Shown here in pieces: positions 1 through 7,026 of a stretch of 64,000 bases of DNA. Each line of letters starts with the position of its first letter. The stretch's first letter is position 1. The notes under the pieces are model-generated. The model was not told where the DNA came from, did no database searches, and worked only from the letters and a program-made list of their open reading frames with translations. Both the position numbers and the translations under genes were made by a program. Source of the stretch: Verrucomicrobiia bacterium (GTDB taxonomy: Bacteria; Zixibacteria; MSB-5A5; DSPP01); the NCBI GenBank assembly GCA_035574275.1, contig DATLYY010000017.1, positions 1,057 through 65,056 of the forward strand, given 5' to 3'.

Positions 1-213
1 CGGGTCGGGTTCAATAGCGGAACAGCAGAAGTGCGGCTCACGTACATAGTTCGCGCTTGGCAACAAGGAGAATTACCCAACTTCGGGATACTTGTTTATC
101 CGGCGAAGACATCCGCATCAACTTTCCAACTTCGCAACTTGACCGATGGAAGCGTGGCCGAATTGGAGATACAATACACGGAGTCAGAGAAAAAGTAGGT
201 GAAAAAGCACATA

Positions 214-247
214 ACAAAAAAAGCCCCCGTGCTTCGGGGGCTTTTTG
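214..247. terminator. Bidirectional rho-independent terminator (AGCCCCCG-tgcttc-CGGGGGCT flanked by an A-run and a T-run)
   Basis: 8-bp GC stem, 6-nt loop, AAAAAAA upstream and TTTTTG downstream. On the minus strand it follows the bcp-like gene stop at 261. Confidence 0.7.
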
Positions 248-260
248 TTGGTGCAATAAG

Positions 261-929
261 TTAAATCCGGCGGAGGGTTTCCAAAACCTCGGCGGAGTGG
301 CCGTCCACCTGAACGCGGGGAAAAACCTTGGCAATTTTTCCTTCAGAATCGATAATGAACGTGGTGCGCTCGATCCCCCAGAATTTCTTGCCGTACATAT
401 TCTTTTCCTTATAGACACCGTATGCTTTGGAAACCGAGGCGTCCGGGTCGGAAAGAAGGGTGAAGTTCAAGTTGTATTTCTGGGCAAAGTTCTGGTGGCT
501 GGCCCAGTCGTCGTTGGAAACGCCCAAAACGACGGCCCCCGCGTTTTCCCATTCCGACTTGGTGTCCCGGAATGAACAGGCCTCCATTGTGCAGCCGGGG
601 GTGTCGTCTTTGGGATAAAAGTAGAGCACCACTTTTTTGCCGCGGAAATCGGCCAGCGTATGCTCTCCGTCCGGATAGGCCCGCAGGCGAAAGTCGGGGG
701 CCCGCATCCCCTCCATCAAGACCGGAGAGGGCTCGGTCGGCGGCGTTGGAACAGCCGGTGGCTTTGGAGCGCGGGGGCGACGGGGAGCCGCTTTCTTGGC
801 ACGCTTGACGACCCGTTTGGCCTTCTTGGCCGGCTTTCTGGCCTTGGCTTTGGGTTTTTTCGGTTTTCTCGCTTTTAAAACTTTCTTTCTGGCAGGCTTT
901 TTGGACTTCTTTTTAGCTTTTCTGGGCAT
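261..929 (-). CDS. bcp: Thioredoxin-fold thiol peroxidase (Bcp/PrxQ-type peroxiredoxin) with an N-terminal ~60-aa Lys/Ala/Pro-rich histone-H1-like tail
   Basis: C-terminal 150 aa carry the peroxiredoxin hallmarks FYPKDDTPGCTMEACSFRD (peroxidatic Cys in TPGC) and a Bcp-like fold. The N-terminus is MPRKAKKKSKKPARKKVLKARKPKKPKAKARKPAKKAKR... followed by a Pro-rich linker. ATG at 929 has a GGGAGG Shine-Dalgarno 4 nt upstream; an internal Met (about nt 716) is an alternative start. Confidence 0.75.
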   Translation of the reverse strand: MPRKAKKKSKKPARKKVLKARKPKKPKAKARKPAKKAKRVVKRAKKAAPRRPRAPKPPAVPTPPTEPSPVLMEGMRAPDFRLRAYPDGEHTLADFRGKKVVLYFYPKDDTPGCTMEACSFRDTKSEWENAGAVVLGVSNDDWASHQNFAQKYNLNFTLLSDPDASVSKAYGVYKEKNMYGKKFWGIERTTFIIDSEGKIAKVFPRVQVDGHSAEVLETLRRI

Positions 930-972
930 CGTACCTCCCTTTCCTCGGTTTTTGTTTCTCCTATGTGGCGAA

Positions 973-1587
973 TTACAAAGCGACCGGAATGCCTCGGTGT
1001 TCCTCGATAAACTCCTCCACGAAAAATTTGTGCACCCGCCGGTCGGCGGTCAATTCCGGATGAAAAGCCAAAACCAGAATCTTCTCCGAGCGGGCCATCA
1101 CCACTTCCTCCCCCAAGGTGGCGAGCGGGAGCACGGCCGGGCCGCAGGAGACCAGCTGCGGGGCGCGGATGAAGACCATTTCCAGCTTCGGGTTGTCGTC
1201 CCACATCGGCACCCGGCCGAAGTCGACGAAGGAATGAATCTGCCGGCCGTAGGCGTTGCGCCGGACGGTGATGTCAATCAGCTTCAACGGCTCGACGGTG
1301 GAATCCTCCACTTTTGTCGAAAGCAGAATCATCCCCGCGCAGGTGCCCATGATTGGCCGGGTTCCGGTGAATTTTTTGATAGCAGTATCCAGCCCTTCCG
1401 CGACCATCATTTTGCGGATGGTGGTCGATTCCCCGCCGGGCATTATCAAAGCCGAACAGGAGTTCAAATCCTCGGCCGTGCGAACCTCTTTGGCGGGCAA
1501 ATTGATTTCTGCCAGGGCCTGCCGGTGTTTTGCGAAATCCCCCTGCAGGGCCAAAACGCCGATTGGGGAGCGTTCCGATACTCTCAT
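973..1587 (-). CDS. pdxT: Pyridoxal 5'-phosphate synthase glutaminase subunit PdxT
   Basis: Class I glutamine amidotransferase; N-terminus [13 protein letters not shown]. It overlaps pdxS by 4 nt (translational coupling), the typical pdxST pair. Confidence 0.9.
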   Translation of the reverse strand: MRVSERSPIGVLALQGDFAKHRQALAEINLPAKEVRTAEDLNSCSALIMPGGESTTIRKMMVAEGLDTAIKKFTGTRPIMGTCAGMILLSTKVEDSTVEPLKLIDITVRRNAYGRQIHSFVDFGRVPMWDDNPKLEMVFIRAPQLVSCGPAVLPLATLGEEVVMARSEKILVLAFHPELTADRRVHKFFVEEFIEEHRGIPVAL

Positions 1588-2462
1588 CGAATCTGCAAAA
1601 GCTGGCTTTCCGGAATCAGCTTGATATCCAGCCCCTTCATCGGCTCCCCCAGTCCCTTGCAGGCCTCGGCCACCTTTTTGGGGTCTTTGTAGTGGGTGGT
1701 AGCCATTACAATCGCTTTGGCCCGCTTGGCCGGGTCTTCTGATTTGAAAATGCCGGAGCCGACGAAAACCGCTTCCGACCCCAGTTGCATCACCAAGGCG
1801 GCGTCAGCCGGGGTGGCAATGCCGCCGGCGGCAAAGTTGGGCACCGGCAGTTTGCCGGTTTTGGCCACTTCTTTAACCAGTTCATACGGGGCACCCAGAT
1901 TTTTCGATTCGGACATGAGTTCTTCCTCACCGAGCGTGGTCAGCCGTTTGATGGCGCCAATAACTTCCCGGATATGTCGCACGGCCTCCACGATGTTGCC
2001 GGAGCCGGCCTCTCCCTTGGTGCGAATCATCGCCGCCCCTTCGCCAATCCGCCGCAGGGCCTCTCCTAAGTTGCGCGCCCCGCAAACGAAAGGGACTTTG
2101 AAGTCATGCTTGTCGATATGGTTTTTCTCGTCGGCTGGCGTTAAAACTTCGCTCTCGTCGATGTAGTCCACTTCCAAGGCCTCCAGAACCTGTGCTTCGG
2201 CAAAATGCCCGATGCGGCATTTGGCCATAACCGGGATGGTCACGGCGTTCTGAATTTCTTCAATGATCTTGGGGTCGGCCATCCGGGCCACCCCCCCCTC
2301 CTTGCGGATGTCCGCCGGCACCCGTTCCAAGGCCATCACGGCGCAGGCCCCCGCCTCCTCGGCGATTTTGGCCTGCTGGGCGGTGGTGACATCCATAATT
2401 ACCCCACCCTTCAGCATTTCCGCCAACCCGACTTTAACTTTCCAGTTCTCTTCTCTGGTCAT
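1584..2462 (-). CDS. pdxS: Pyridoxal 5'-phosphate synthase lyase subunit PdxS
   Basis: Highly conserved PdxS/SNZ sequence (…[34 protein letters not shown]…[16 protein letters not shown]…), 292 aa. Confidence 0.95.
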   Translation of the reverse strand: MTREENWKVKVGLAEMLKGGVIMDVTTAQQAKIAEEAGACAVMALERVPADIRKEGGVARMADPKIIEEIQNAVTIPVMAKCRIGHFAEAQVLEALEVDYIDESEVLTPADEKNHIDKHDFKVPFVCGARNLGEALRRIGEGAAMIRTKGEAGSGNIVEAVRHIREVIGAIKRLTTLGEEELMSESKNLGAPYELVKEVAKTGKLPVPNFAAGGIATPADAALVMQLGSEAVFVGSGIFKSEDPAKRAKAIVMATTHYKDPKKVAEACKGLGEPMKGLDIKLIPESQLLQIR

Positions 2463-2573
2463 AATCGCTCGCCTTCCTTAGGAATTCCCTTCCGGTTTAA
2501 TATACATTTTCCAATCCCCTTTTCCAATAGCGGGCCGGGCCTTCGAAAAAAAGCGAAAAGTCAAAAAATTCCC

Positions 2574-2603
2574 TTGACAAGTAGAGGCAACGGATTGATT
2601 ATT
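2574..2603 (+). promoter_or_regulatory. Candidate sigma70-like promoter (TTGACA - 18 nt - ATTATT) upstream of the OmpA-TSP3 gene
   Basis: TTGACA at about 2574 and a -10-like ATTATT about 18 nt downstream, roughly 45 nt before the ATG at 2647. Read by eye only. Confidence 0.3.
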
Positions 2604-2646
2604 CTCCCTTACCTTGAACGTAACGCATAGGAGACAGGAGGGAGCG

Positions 2647-4203
2647 ATGAAAAGGTTCGGTTGGGCGTTGATTTTAACGCTCGCAACACTCGTTTTTGCT
2701 TCCACCGCCGCTTTCGGCGTGGAATTGAAGGGGAAGCTGGGGTTATCGGCCAACGGCGGGCTTTACAAGCTGGGGTTGACCGACCATTCCGATTATTGGA
2801 CAATGGGCGGGGTGGTGGGGGCCGGCCTGAAATACGGGCTTACCCCCAAATGGGTTTTGGGCGTGGAAGGAACAGGCCGCATGACCTGGATGGCGGACAC
2901 CTCCAAGTGGACGGATGGGGCCGGTTTCACCTTCAGCAACCTGGACGGGGGGCCCAAGCAAAAGGCCTTTTCCGTCGGGCTTTTGGGAGAATACCATTTC
3001 ACGCCGGAGAAGAAATTTTCTCCGTACGTTTCCTTGGGCGCCGGGCTTTACATGTGGAAGTGGCAGGATTCCTCCGGCAACACCCTGATGTCCAACGACC
3101 CGTCGCTTTCGCAAACGGGGATTCCCGCCACGGATTTGAACGGCCAGCCGTACGAGTTGAAGGACCAGGAGCTCTACGGGATGCTCGGGTTGGGCTTTGC
3201 CTATTATTTCAGTGAAAATTTCAGCTGGGAACTGGGGGCCCGCGGCCGCTATCTTTCCCATTTCCTGACCGACTTCAAGGACAATTTGGATATCGTGGGA
3301 ACGGGCGCCGGCGAATTGGACTTGCCCAAGCTTACGGCGGAAGTGTACACCGGGTTCTCCTTCTACTTCGGCGGAGGGGCCAAGGACGAGGACTTGGATG
3401 GCGTTTCGGATAAAAAGGATAAATGCCCCGGCACCAAAATCGGCTGCCGGGTGGACGAAACCGGCTGTCCGGTCGATTCGGACGGTGACGGGGTTTGCGA
3501 CGGCATTGACGTCTGCGCCAACACACCCAAGGGGGCCAAGGTGGATGCCAAGGGCTGCCCGATGGATTCCGACGGGGACGGCGTTTCGGACGGCACCGAC
3601 AAGTGCGACAACACCCCCAAGGGATGTTCTGTGGACGCCACCGGCTGTCCGACGGATGCGGATGGCGACGGCGTTTGCGATGGTCTGGACAAATGTGCCG
3701 ACACTCCCAGGGGCTGCACGGTGGACGCCACCGGCTGCCCGACCGATTCGGACGGCGACGGCGTTTGCGACGGGGTTGACCAGTGCCCGAACACCCCGGC
3801 CGGAAGCAAGGTGAACGCCATCGGCTGCGTGCTGCCCACGGTCGAATACATTCCTGAACCGGACAAGCCGTTGGTTTTGAAAGGGGTCAACTTCCAAACC
3901 GGCAAGGCGGTTTTGCTGGAGGAATCCAAAAAGATTCTGGATGAAGTGGCCATCAGCTTGATGGCCCATCCGGAAGTGAAAGTGGAGGTCGGGGGGCATA
4001 CGGATGCCACCGGTTCGGATGCGCACAATATGAACCTTTCCGAGCAGCGGGCCACTTCCGTCCGGAACTATCTGGCGGAAAAGGGTGTGAAAGCCGAAAA
4101 CCTGTTCGTCAAAGGGTACGGCGAGACCACGCCGATTGCGGATAACAAGACCGCCGCCGGCCGGGCCCAGAATCGCCGGGTGGAGTTGAAGCGGGTGCAG
4201 TAG
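2647..4203 (+). CDS. OmpA-family outer membrane protein with thrombospondin type 3 (TSP3) Ca-binding repeats and a C-terminal OmpA peptidoglycan-binding domain
   Basis: Start taken at MKRFGWALILTLATLVFASTAAFG (signal peptide, GGAG RBS) rather than the upstream ATG at 2614. The N-terminus looks like a beta-barrel, the middle has five DxDxDGxxDxxD repeats, and the C-terminus is an OmpA_C-like domain (…GHTDATGSDAHNMNLSEQRATSVRNYL…RRVEL). Confidence 0.85.
   Translation: MKRFGWALILTLATLVFASTAAFGVELKGKLGLSANGGLYKLGLTDHSDYWTMGGVVGAGLKYGLTPKWVLGVEGTGRMTWMADTSKWTDGAGFTFSNLDGGPKQKAFSVGLLGEYHFTPEKKFSPYVSLGAGLYMWKWQDSSGNTLMSNDPSLSQTGIPATDLNGQPYELKDQELYGMLGLGFAYYFSENFSWELGARGRYLSHFLTDFKDNLDIVGTGAGELDLPKLTAEVYTGFSFYFGGGAKDEDLDGVSDKKDKCPGTKIGCRVDETGCPVDSDGDGVCDGIDVCANTPKGAKVDAKGCPMDSDGDGVSDGTDKCDNTPKGCSVDATGCPTDADGDGVCDGLDKCADTPRGCTVDATGCPTDSDGDGVCDGVDQCPNTPAGSKVNAIGCVLPTVEYIPEPDKPLVLKGVNFQTGKAVLLEESKKILDEVAISLMAHPEVKVEVGGHTDATGSDAHNMNLSEQRATSVRNYLAEKGVKAENLFVKGYGETTPIADNKTAAGRAQNRRVELKRVQ
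3397..3810 (+). repeat. Five tandem coding repeats (~40 aa each) encoding TSP3 calcium-binding motifs inside the OmpA-family gene
   Basis: Repeated protein unit ...GCPxDSDGDGVxDGxDxCxNTPKGxxVDAxGCP... and repeated nucleotide unit gacggcgacggcgtttgcgacgg. Confidence 0.8.
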
Positions 4204-4221
4204 GTCTCTAAAAGGAGAACG

Positions 4222-4254
4222 AAAAAGGGCGTCCTTCGGGACGCCCTTTTTTTT
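4222..4254. terminator. Bidirectional rho-independent terminator (GGGCGTCC-ttcg-GGACGCCC + T8) between the convergent OmpA-family and mscL genes
   Basis: Perfect 8-bp GC-rich stem with tetraloop, TTTTTTTT on the plus strand and an A-run upstream that gives a T-run on the minus strand. Confidence 0.8.
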
Positions 4255-4257
4255 GAA

Positions 4258-4695
4258 CTATGCCGGCTTAAGTTCGGCCGTGCAGAAAGCACAGCGAGCG
4301 GCTTTGATCGGAATGTTCGACAGACAGTGGGGGCACTCCTTGGTGTTCGGAGCGGCCGGCGGGGGATGGCTTTTCAACCGGTTTATCTGCTTGACCAAAA
4401 GAAAAATTACAAAGGCGACGATGATGAAGTCGATTACAGTGTTTATAAACACACCGTAGCTCATCACCGGCACCCCAGCCGCTTTGGCTTCCGCCAGGGA
4501 GGTGAAGGATCGTCCCGACAGATTGATGAATAAATTGGAAAAATCGACGTTCCCCATCAATAGCCCAATCGGCGGCATCAACACATCCCCCACCAAGGAG
4601 CTTACGATTTTACCGAAGGCCGCGCCGATGATGATGCCGATTGCCATGTCCATCACATTTCCCTGCATCGCGAACGCCTTGAACTCTTTTAACAT
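4258..4695 (-). CDS. mscL: Large-conductance mechanosensitive channel MscL with a C-terminal Cys4 zinc-ribbon extension
   Basis: [35 protein letters not shown]… is a canonical MscL N-terminus and TM1. The C-terminus ends …[27 protein letters not shown] (CxxC-x12-CxxC). Confidence 0.85.
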   Translation of the reverse strand: MLKEFKAFAMQGNVMDMAIGIIIGAAFGKIVSSLVGDVLMPPIGLLMGNVDFSNLFINLSGRSFTSLAEAKAAGVPVMSYGVFINTVIDFIIVAFVIFLLVKQINRLKSHPPPAAPNTKECPHCLSNIPIKAARCAFCTAELKPA

Positions 4696-4910
4696 GCTTC
4701 CTCCTTTCGGGTTGGCCGGAAAGTAGCCGGAACGGCCCGCAAGTCAAGGCGGTTGAAGCAAACATCCTGTTGGATTGGAAAAGAAATAGCCCGCCGGGTG
4801 ACGAAAATCATAATTCATTGTTTTTTTTCTTGACATAAAGGTAGCCGGAATTAACTTAACCCTGCTCTTGGAAATTAGACCATAAACCATTAACCAATGG
4901 GAGGTGCTTA

Positions 4911-5942
4911 ATGCACAAGTATCTGTCCAAACCGGCACGCGGCTGGGTCTTTTTGGTGGGCGTGGTGCTTTTGGCTTCCGCTCTTTTGTGGGTGAGTTGC
5001 AGCGAAAAGCAGCCTGCCTCCACCCGTCCGGAACAGGCCGTGGCCTTGTCGGCCGGTGATTTGGGTCGTGTTATGGCCGTTCAAAGCCGCCATACCGACC
5101 GGCTGATGGAAATTGACGGCGTGGTCGGCACGGCCACCGGGCTTTCCGCCGCTGGCCGGCCGGTGGTCAAGATTTTGCTCGAGCGGGAAGGGGTGGCCGG
5201 TATTCCATCAACCGTTGACGGCATCCCCGTCGAGGTGATGGTCACGGGGAAGATTTACGCCCAGGCTTTGACCAAGCGGTACCGCCCCGTGCCGATTGGG
5301 GTTTCGGTCGGCAATAACGGCGAATGCGCCGCCGGAACCATCGGCTGCATGGTGGAGAAGGGAGGCCAGCATTACATCTTGAGCAACAATCACGTGTTGG
5401 CCCGTCAGAACGCCGCTTCCATCGGCGAAGACATTGTCCAGCCCGGGCGCTATGACAACAAGCCGAGGTGCGCCAACAAGGTCTCCACCGACAAGGTGGC
5501 TGATTTGTCGGACTTCGTGCCGATTGTCTTTTCCACCTCGGCCAACAACCGGGTGGACGCCGCCATCGCGCTTTTGTCCACCTCCGACTTTACTTGCGCC
5601 ACCCTTCCGTCGTACTACGGTTTTCCCGGCACTACCAACGTGACGGCGACGGTTGGACTGGGGGTAAAGAAAGTGGGACGGACCTCGTCGCTTTCCACCG
5701 GTTCGGTGACGGCCGTCAACGCCACGGTCAACGTGGGGTATTCCGCCGGCACGGCCCGTTTCGTAGGACAGATACTGACAACCAGCATTTCCCGCTCGGG
5801 GGATTCCGGTTCCCTGGTGGTGACCAACGATGCCAACAACAATCCGGTTGGGCTTTTGTTCGCCGGCTCCAGTTCGGTCACTGTCGTGAATCCGATTGCG
5901 GATGTGCTTTCGGCTTTCAACGTGACGATTTGCAGCAATTAG
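4911..5942 (+). CDS. Secreted/lipoprotein S1-family (chymotrypsin-fold) serine peptidase with an N-terminal ~90-aa pro-domain-like module
   Basis: Signal or lipoprotein N-terminus (…LLWVSCSEK). Catalytic triad context: SNNHV (His), VDAAIALL (Asp) and GDSGS (Ser). The N-domain HTDRLMEIDGVVGTATG…IPVEVMVTGKIYA is paralogous to the ORF at 6024-6350. Confidence 0.75.
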   Translation: MHKYLSKPARGWVFLVGVVLLASALLWVSCSEKQPASTRPEQAVALSAGDLGRVMAVQSRHTDRLMEIDGVVGTATGLSAAGRPVVKILLEREGVAGIPSTVDGIPVEVMVTGKIYAQALTKRYRPVPIGVSVGNNGECAAGTIGCMVEKGGQHYILSNNHVLARQNAASIGEDIVQPGRYDNKPRCANKVSTDKVADLSDFVPIVFSTSANNRVDAAIALLSTSDFTCATLPSYYGFPGTTNVTATVGLGVKKVGRTSSLSTGSVTAVNATVNVGYSAGTARFVGQILTTSISRSGDSGSLVVTNDANNNPVGLLFAGSSSVTVVNPIADVLSAFNVTICSN

Positions 5943-5960
5943 TCAAATCGCTTAATCGCA

Positions 5961-5996
5961 AGCGGGAGTCCGAAAGGGCTCCCGCTTGTTTTTTTC
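5961..5996 (+). terminator. Rho-independent terminator after the S1 peptidase gene
   Basis: AGCGGGAG-tccgaaaggg-CTCCCGCT followed by TTGTTTTTTT. Confidence 0.75.
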
Positions 5997-6023
5997 TTTC
6001 GGGGGGGTTAATTATAGAATGAA

Positions 6024-6350
6024 GTGAATATGAAGTGGGTTTCAACTGCGGTTTTTGTACTGGTTTTGTTGACCGGATGTGCGGATTTAAACGATGCACA
6101 AGCTCCAAAGGAAATTAAAATGCCCGCCAAGACTATTGAACAAGTACAGGAAACCCACACCGAGCATTTGATGTCCATTCCCGGCGTGGTCGGTACGGCC
6201 ATCGGCGAGTCGGGCGGAAGGCCCTGCATCAAGGTATTGGTAAGCCAAAAAACAGCCGAAATAGAGAAAAGGGTCCCGGCATCTTTGGAAGGGTATCCTG
6301 TGGTTATCGAGATAACCGGTGAGTTCAAGGCTCTAGACCCCGATACTTGA
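6024..6350 (+). CDS. Small lipoprotein homologous to the N-terminal domain of the adjacent S1 peptidase (stand-alone pro-domain-like protein)
   Basis: Lipobox LLTGC. HTEHLMSIPGVVGTAIGESGGRPCIKVLV…IPASLEGYPVVIEITGEF aligns with HTDRLMEIDGVVGTATGLSAAGRPVVKILL…IPSTVDGIPVEVMVTGKI of the protease. Confidence 0.6.
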   Translation: MNMKWVSTAVFVLVLLTGCADLNDAQAPKEIKMPAKTIEQVQETHTEHLMSIPGVVGTAIGESGGRPCIKVLVSQKTAEIEKRVPASLEGYPVVIEITGEFKALDPDT

Positions 6351-6405
6351 TTTGATTTTTGGCTTGATTTTGGAAAACTAAAAGCTCATCTTTGCGGAGG
6401 ATAAA

Positions 6406-6696
6406 ATGGCGCAGCCCAAACAATTCGTTAAAGGCAAACCGGCCCCGAAAATAAAGGCCGAAACCGGCCCGATTTTCGGCAAGCGGAATTACATACTCTT
6501 TGCCGTTGGCTTGTTGGTCATAATTGCCGGCTTCATCTTTTTGGGCACCGGGGACACCGTCTTTGCGCCGATTCTTCTGGTCTTGGGCTATTGCGTGATT
6601 ATCCCGGTTGCCATCATCATCAAGGACAAAAAGAAGGAACCGGAAGCATCTCCGGCTTTTCAGCCGACGGATAGACCGGCTTCTCCCGCATCCTGA
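6406..6696 (+). CDS. Small two-TM membrane protein (DUF3098-like)
   Basis: A basic N-terminus, two hydrophobic helices (ILFAVGLLVIIAGFIFLG / APILLVLGYCVIIPVAIII) and a KDKKKE tail. GGAGG RBS upstream. Confidence 0.5.
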   Translation: MAQPKQFVKGKPAPKIKAETGPIFGKRNYILFAVGLLVIIAGFIFLGTGDTVFAPILLVLGYCVIIPVAIIIKDKKKEPEASPAFQPTDRPASPAS

Positions 6697-6815
6697 TTTT
6701 CTTTAAGAAAGCCTTCCTCCAAGCAGTTTTCTTTTCTCAATACAAGTCCGGCTATTGAAAATCCCTTCCAAATACGTTTTATTGGGGTCTGCAGTTTTGT
6801 GAATGATACGGCAAC

Positions 6816-6889
6816 GGGGTCGTAGTTCAGTTGGTTAGAACGCCTGCCTGTCACGCAGGAGGTCGCGAGTTCGAGTCTCGTCGGCCCCG
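6816..6889 (+). tRNA. tRNA-Asp (anticodon GTC)
   Basis: Cloverleaf read by hand: acceptor GGGGTCG/CGGCCCC with one G-U pair, D-arm TAGTTCAGTTGGTTAGAAC, anticodon stem CCTGC/GCAGG with loop CTGTCAC (GTC), T-arm GCGAG-TTCGAGT-CTCGT, discriminator G, no CCA encoded, followed by a T-run. Confidence 0.9.
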
Positions 6890-7026
6890 CTTTTTGCAAA
6901 GGAGATTTTGCCGGGGGCTTGGTTTTTTTCGAGGGGAAAAAGACCGGCCCGGGCGGTTAAAAAAATGCGTAACTTTCCTCGGACAGTTCTCGTCTCTATG
7001 TTAGGTCGGATATGAAAGGAGCTCCT

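Noticed and set aside
57-575. 172-aa plus-strand ORF at the window start
   Set aside because: It overlaps the bcp-like gene antisense, and the bidirectional terminator at 214-247 interrupts it. It is spurious.
796-1692. 298-aa plus-strand ORF, and similar long antisense ORFs at 2743-4026(-), 8695-9660(-), 10563-11372(-), 11511-12266(+), 17884-18483(+), 54486-55715(+), 58998-60317(-), 60849-62156(-)
   Set aside because: All lie antisense to, or out of frame within, well-supported genes (pdxT, OmpA, amidohydrolases, comM, OMP, OMF/TetR, P-type ATPase, ABC/FtsX). Their products are Arg/Gly/Pro-rich and low in complexity, which is typical of spurious open frames in high-GC DNA.
6660-6899. 79-aa minus-strand ORF
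   Set aside because: It overlaps tRNA-Asp almost completely on the opposite strand and translates the tRNA antisense. It is an artefact.
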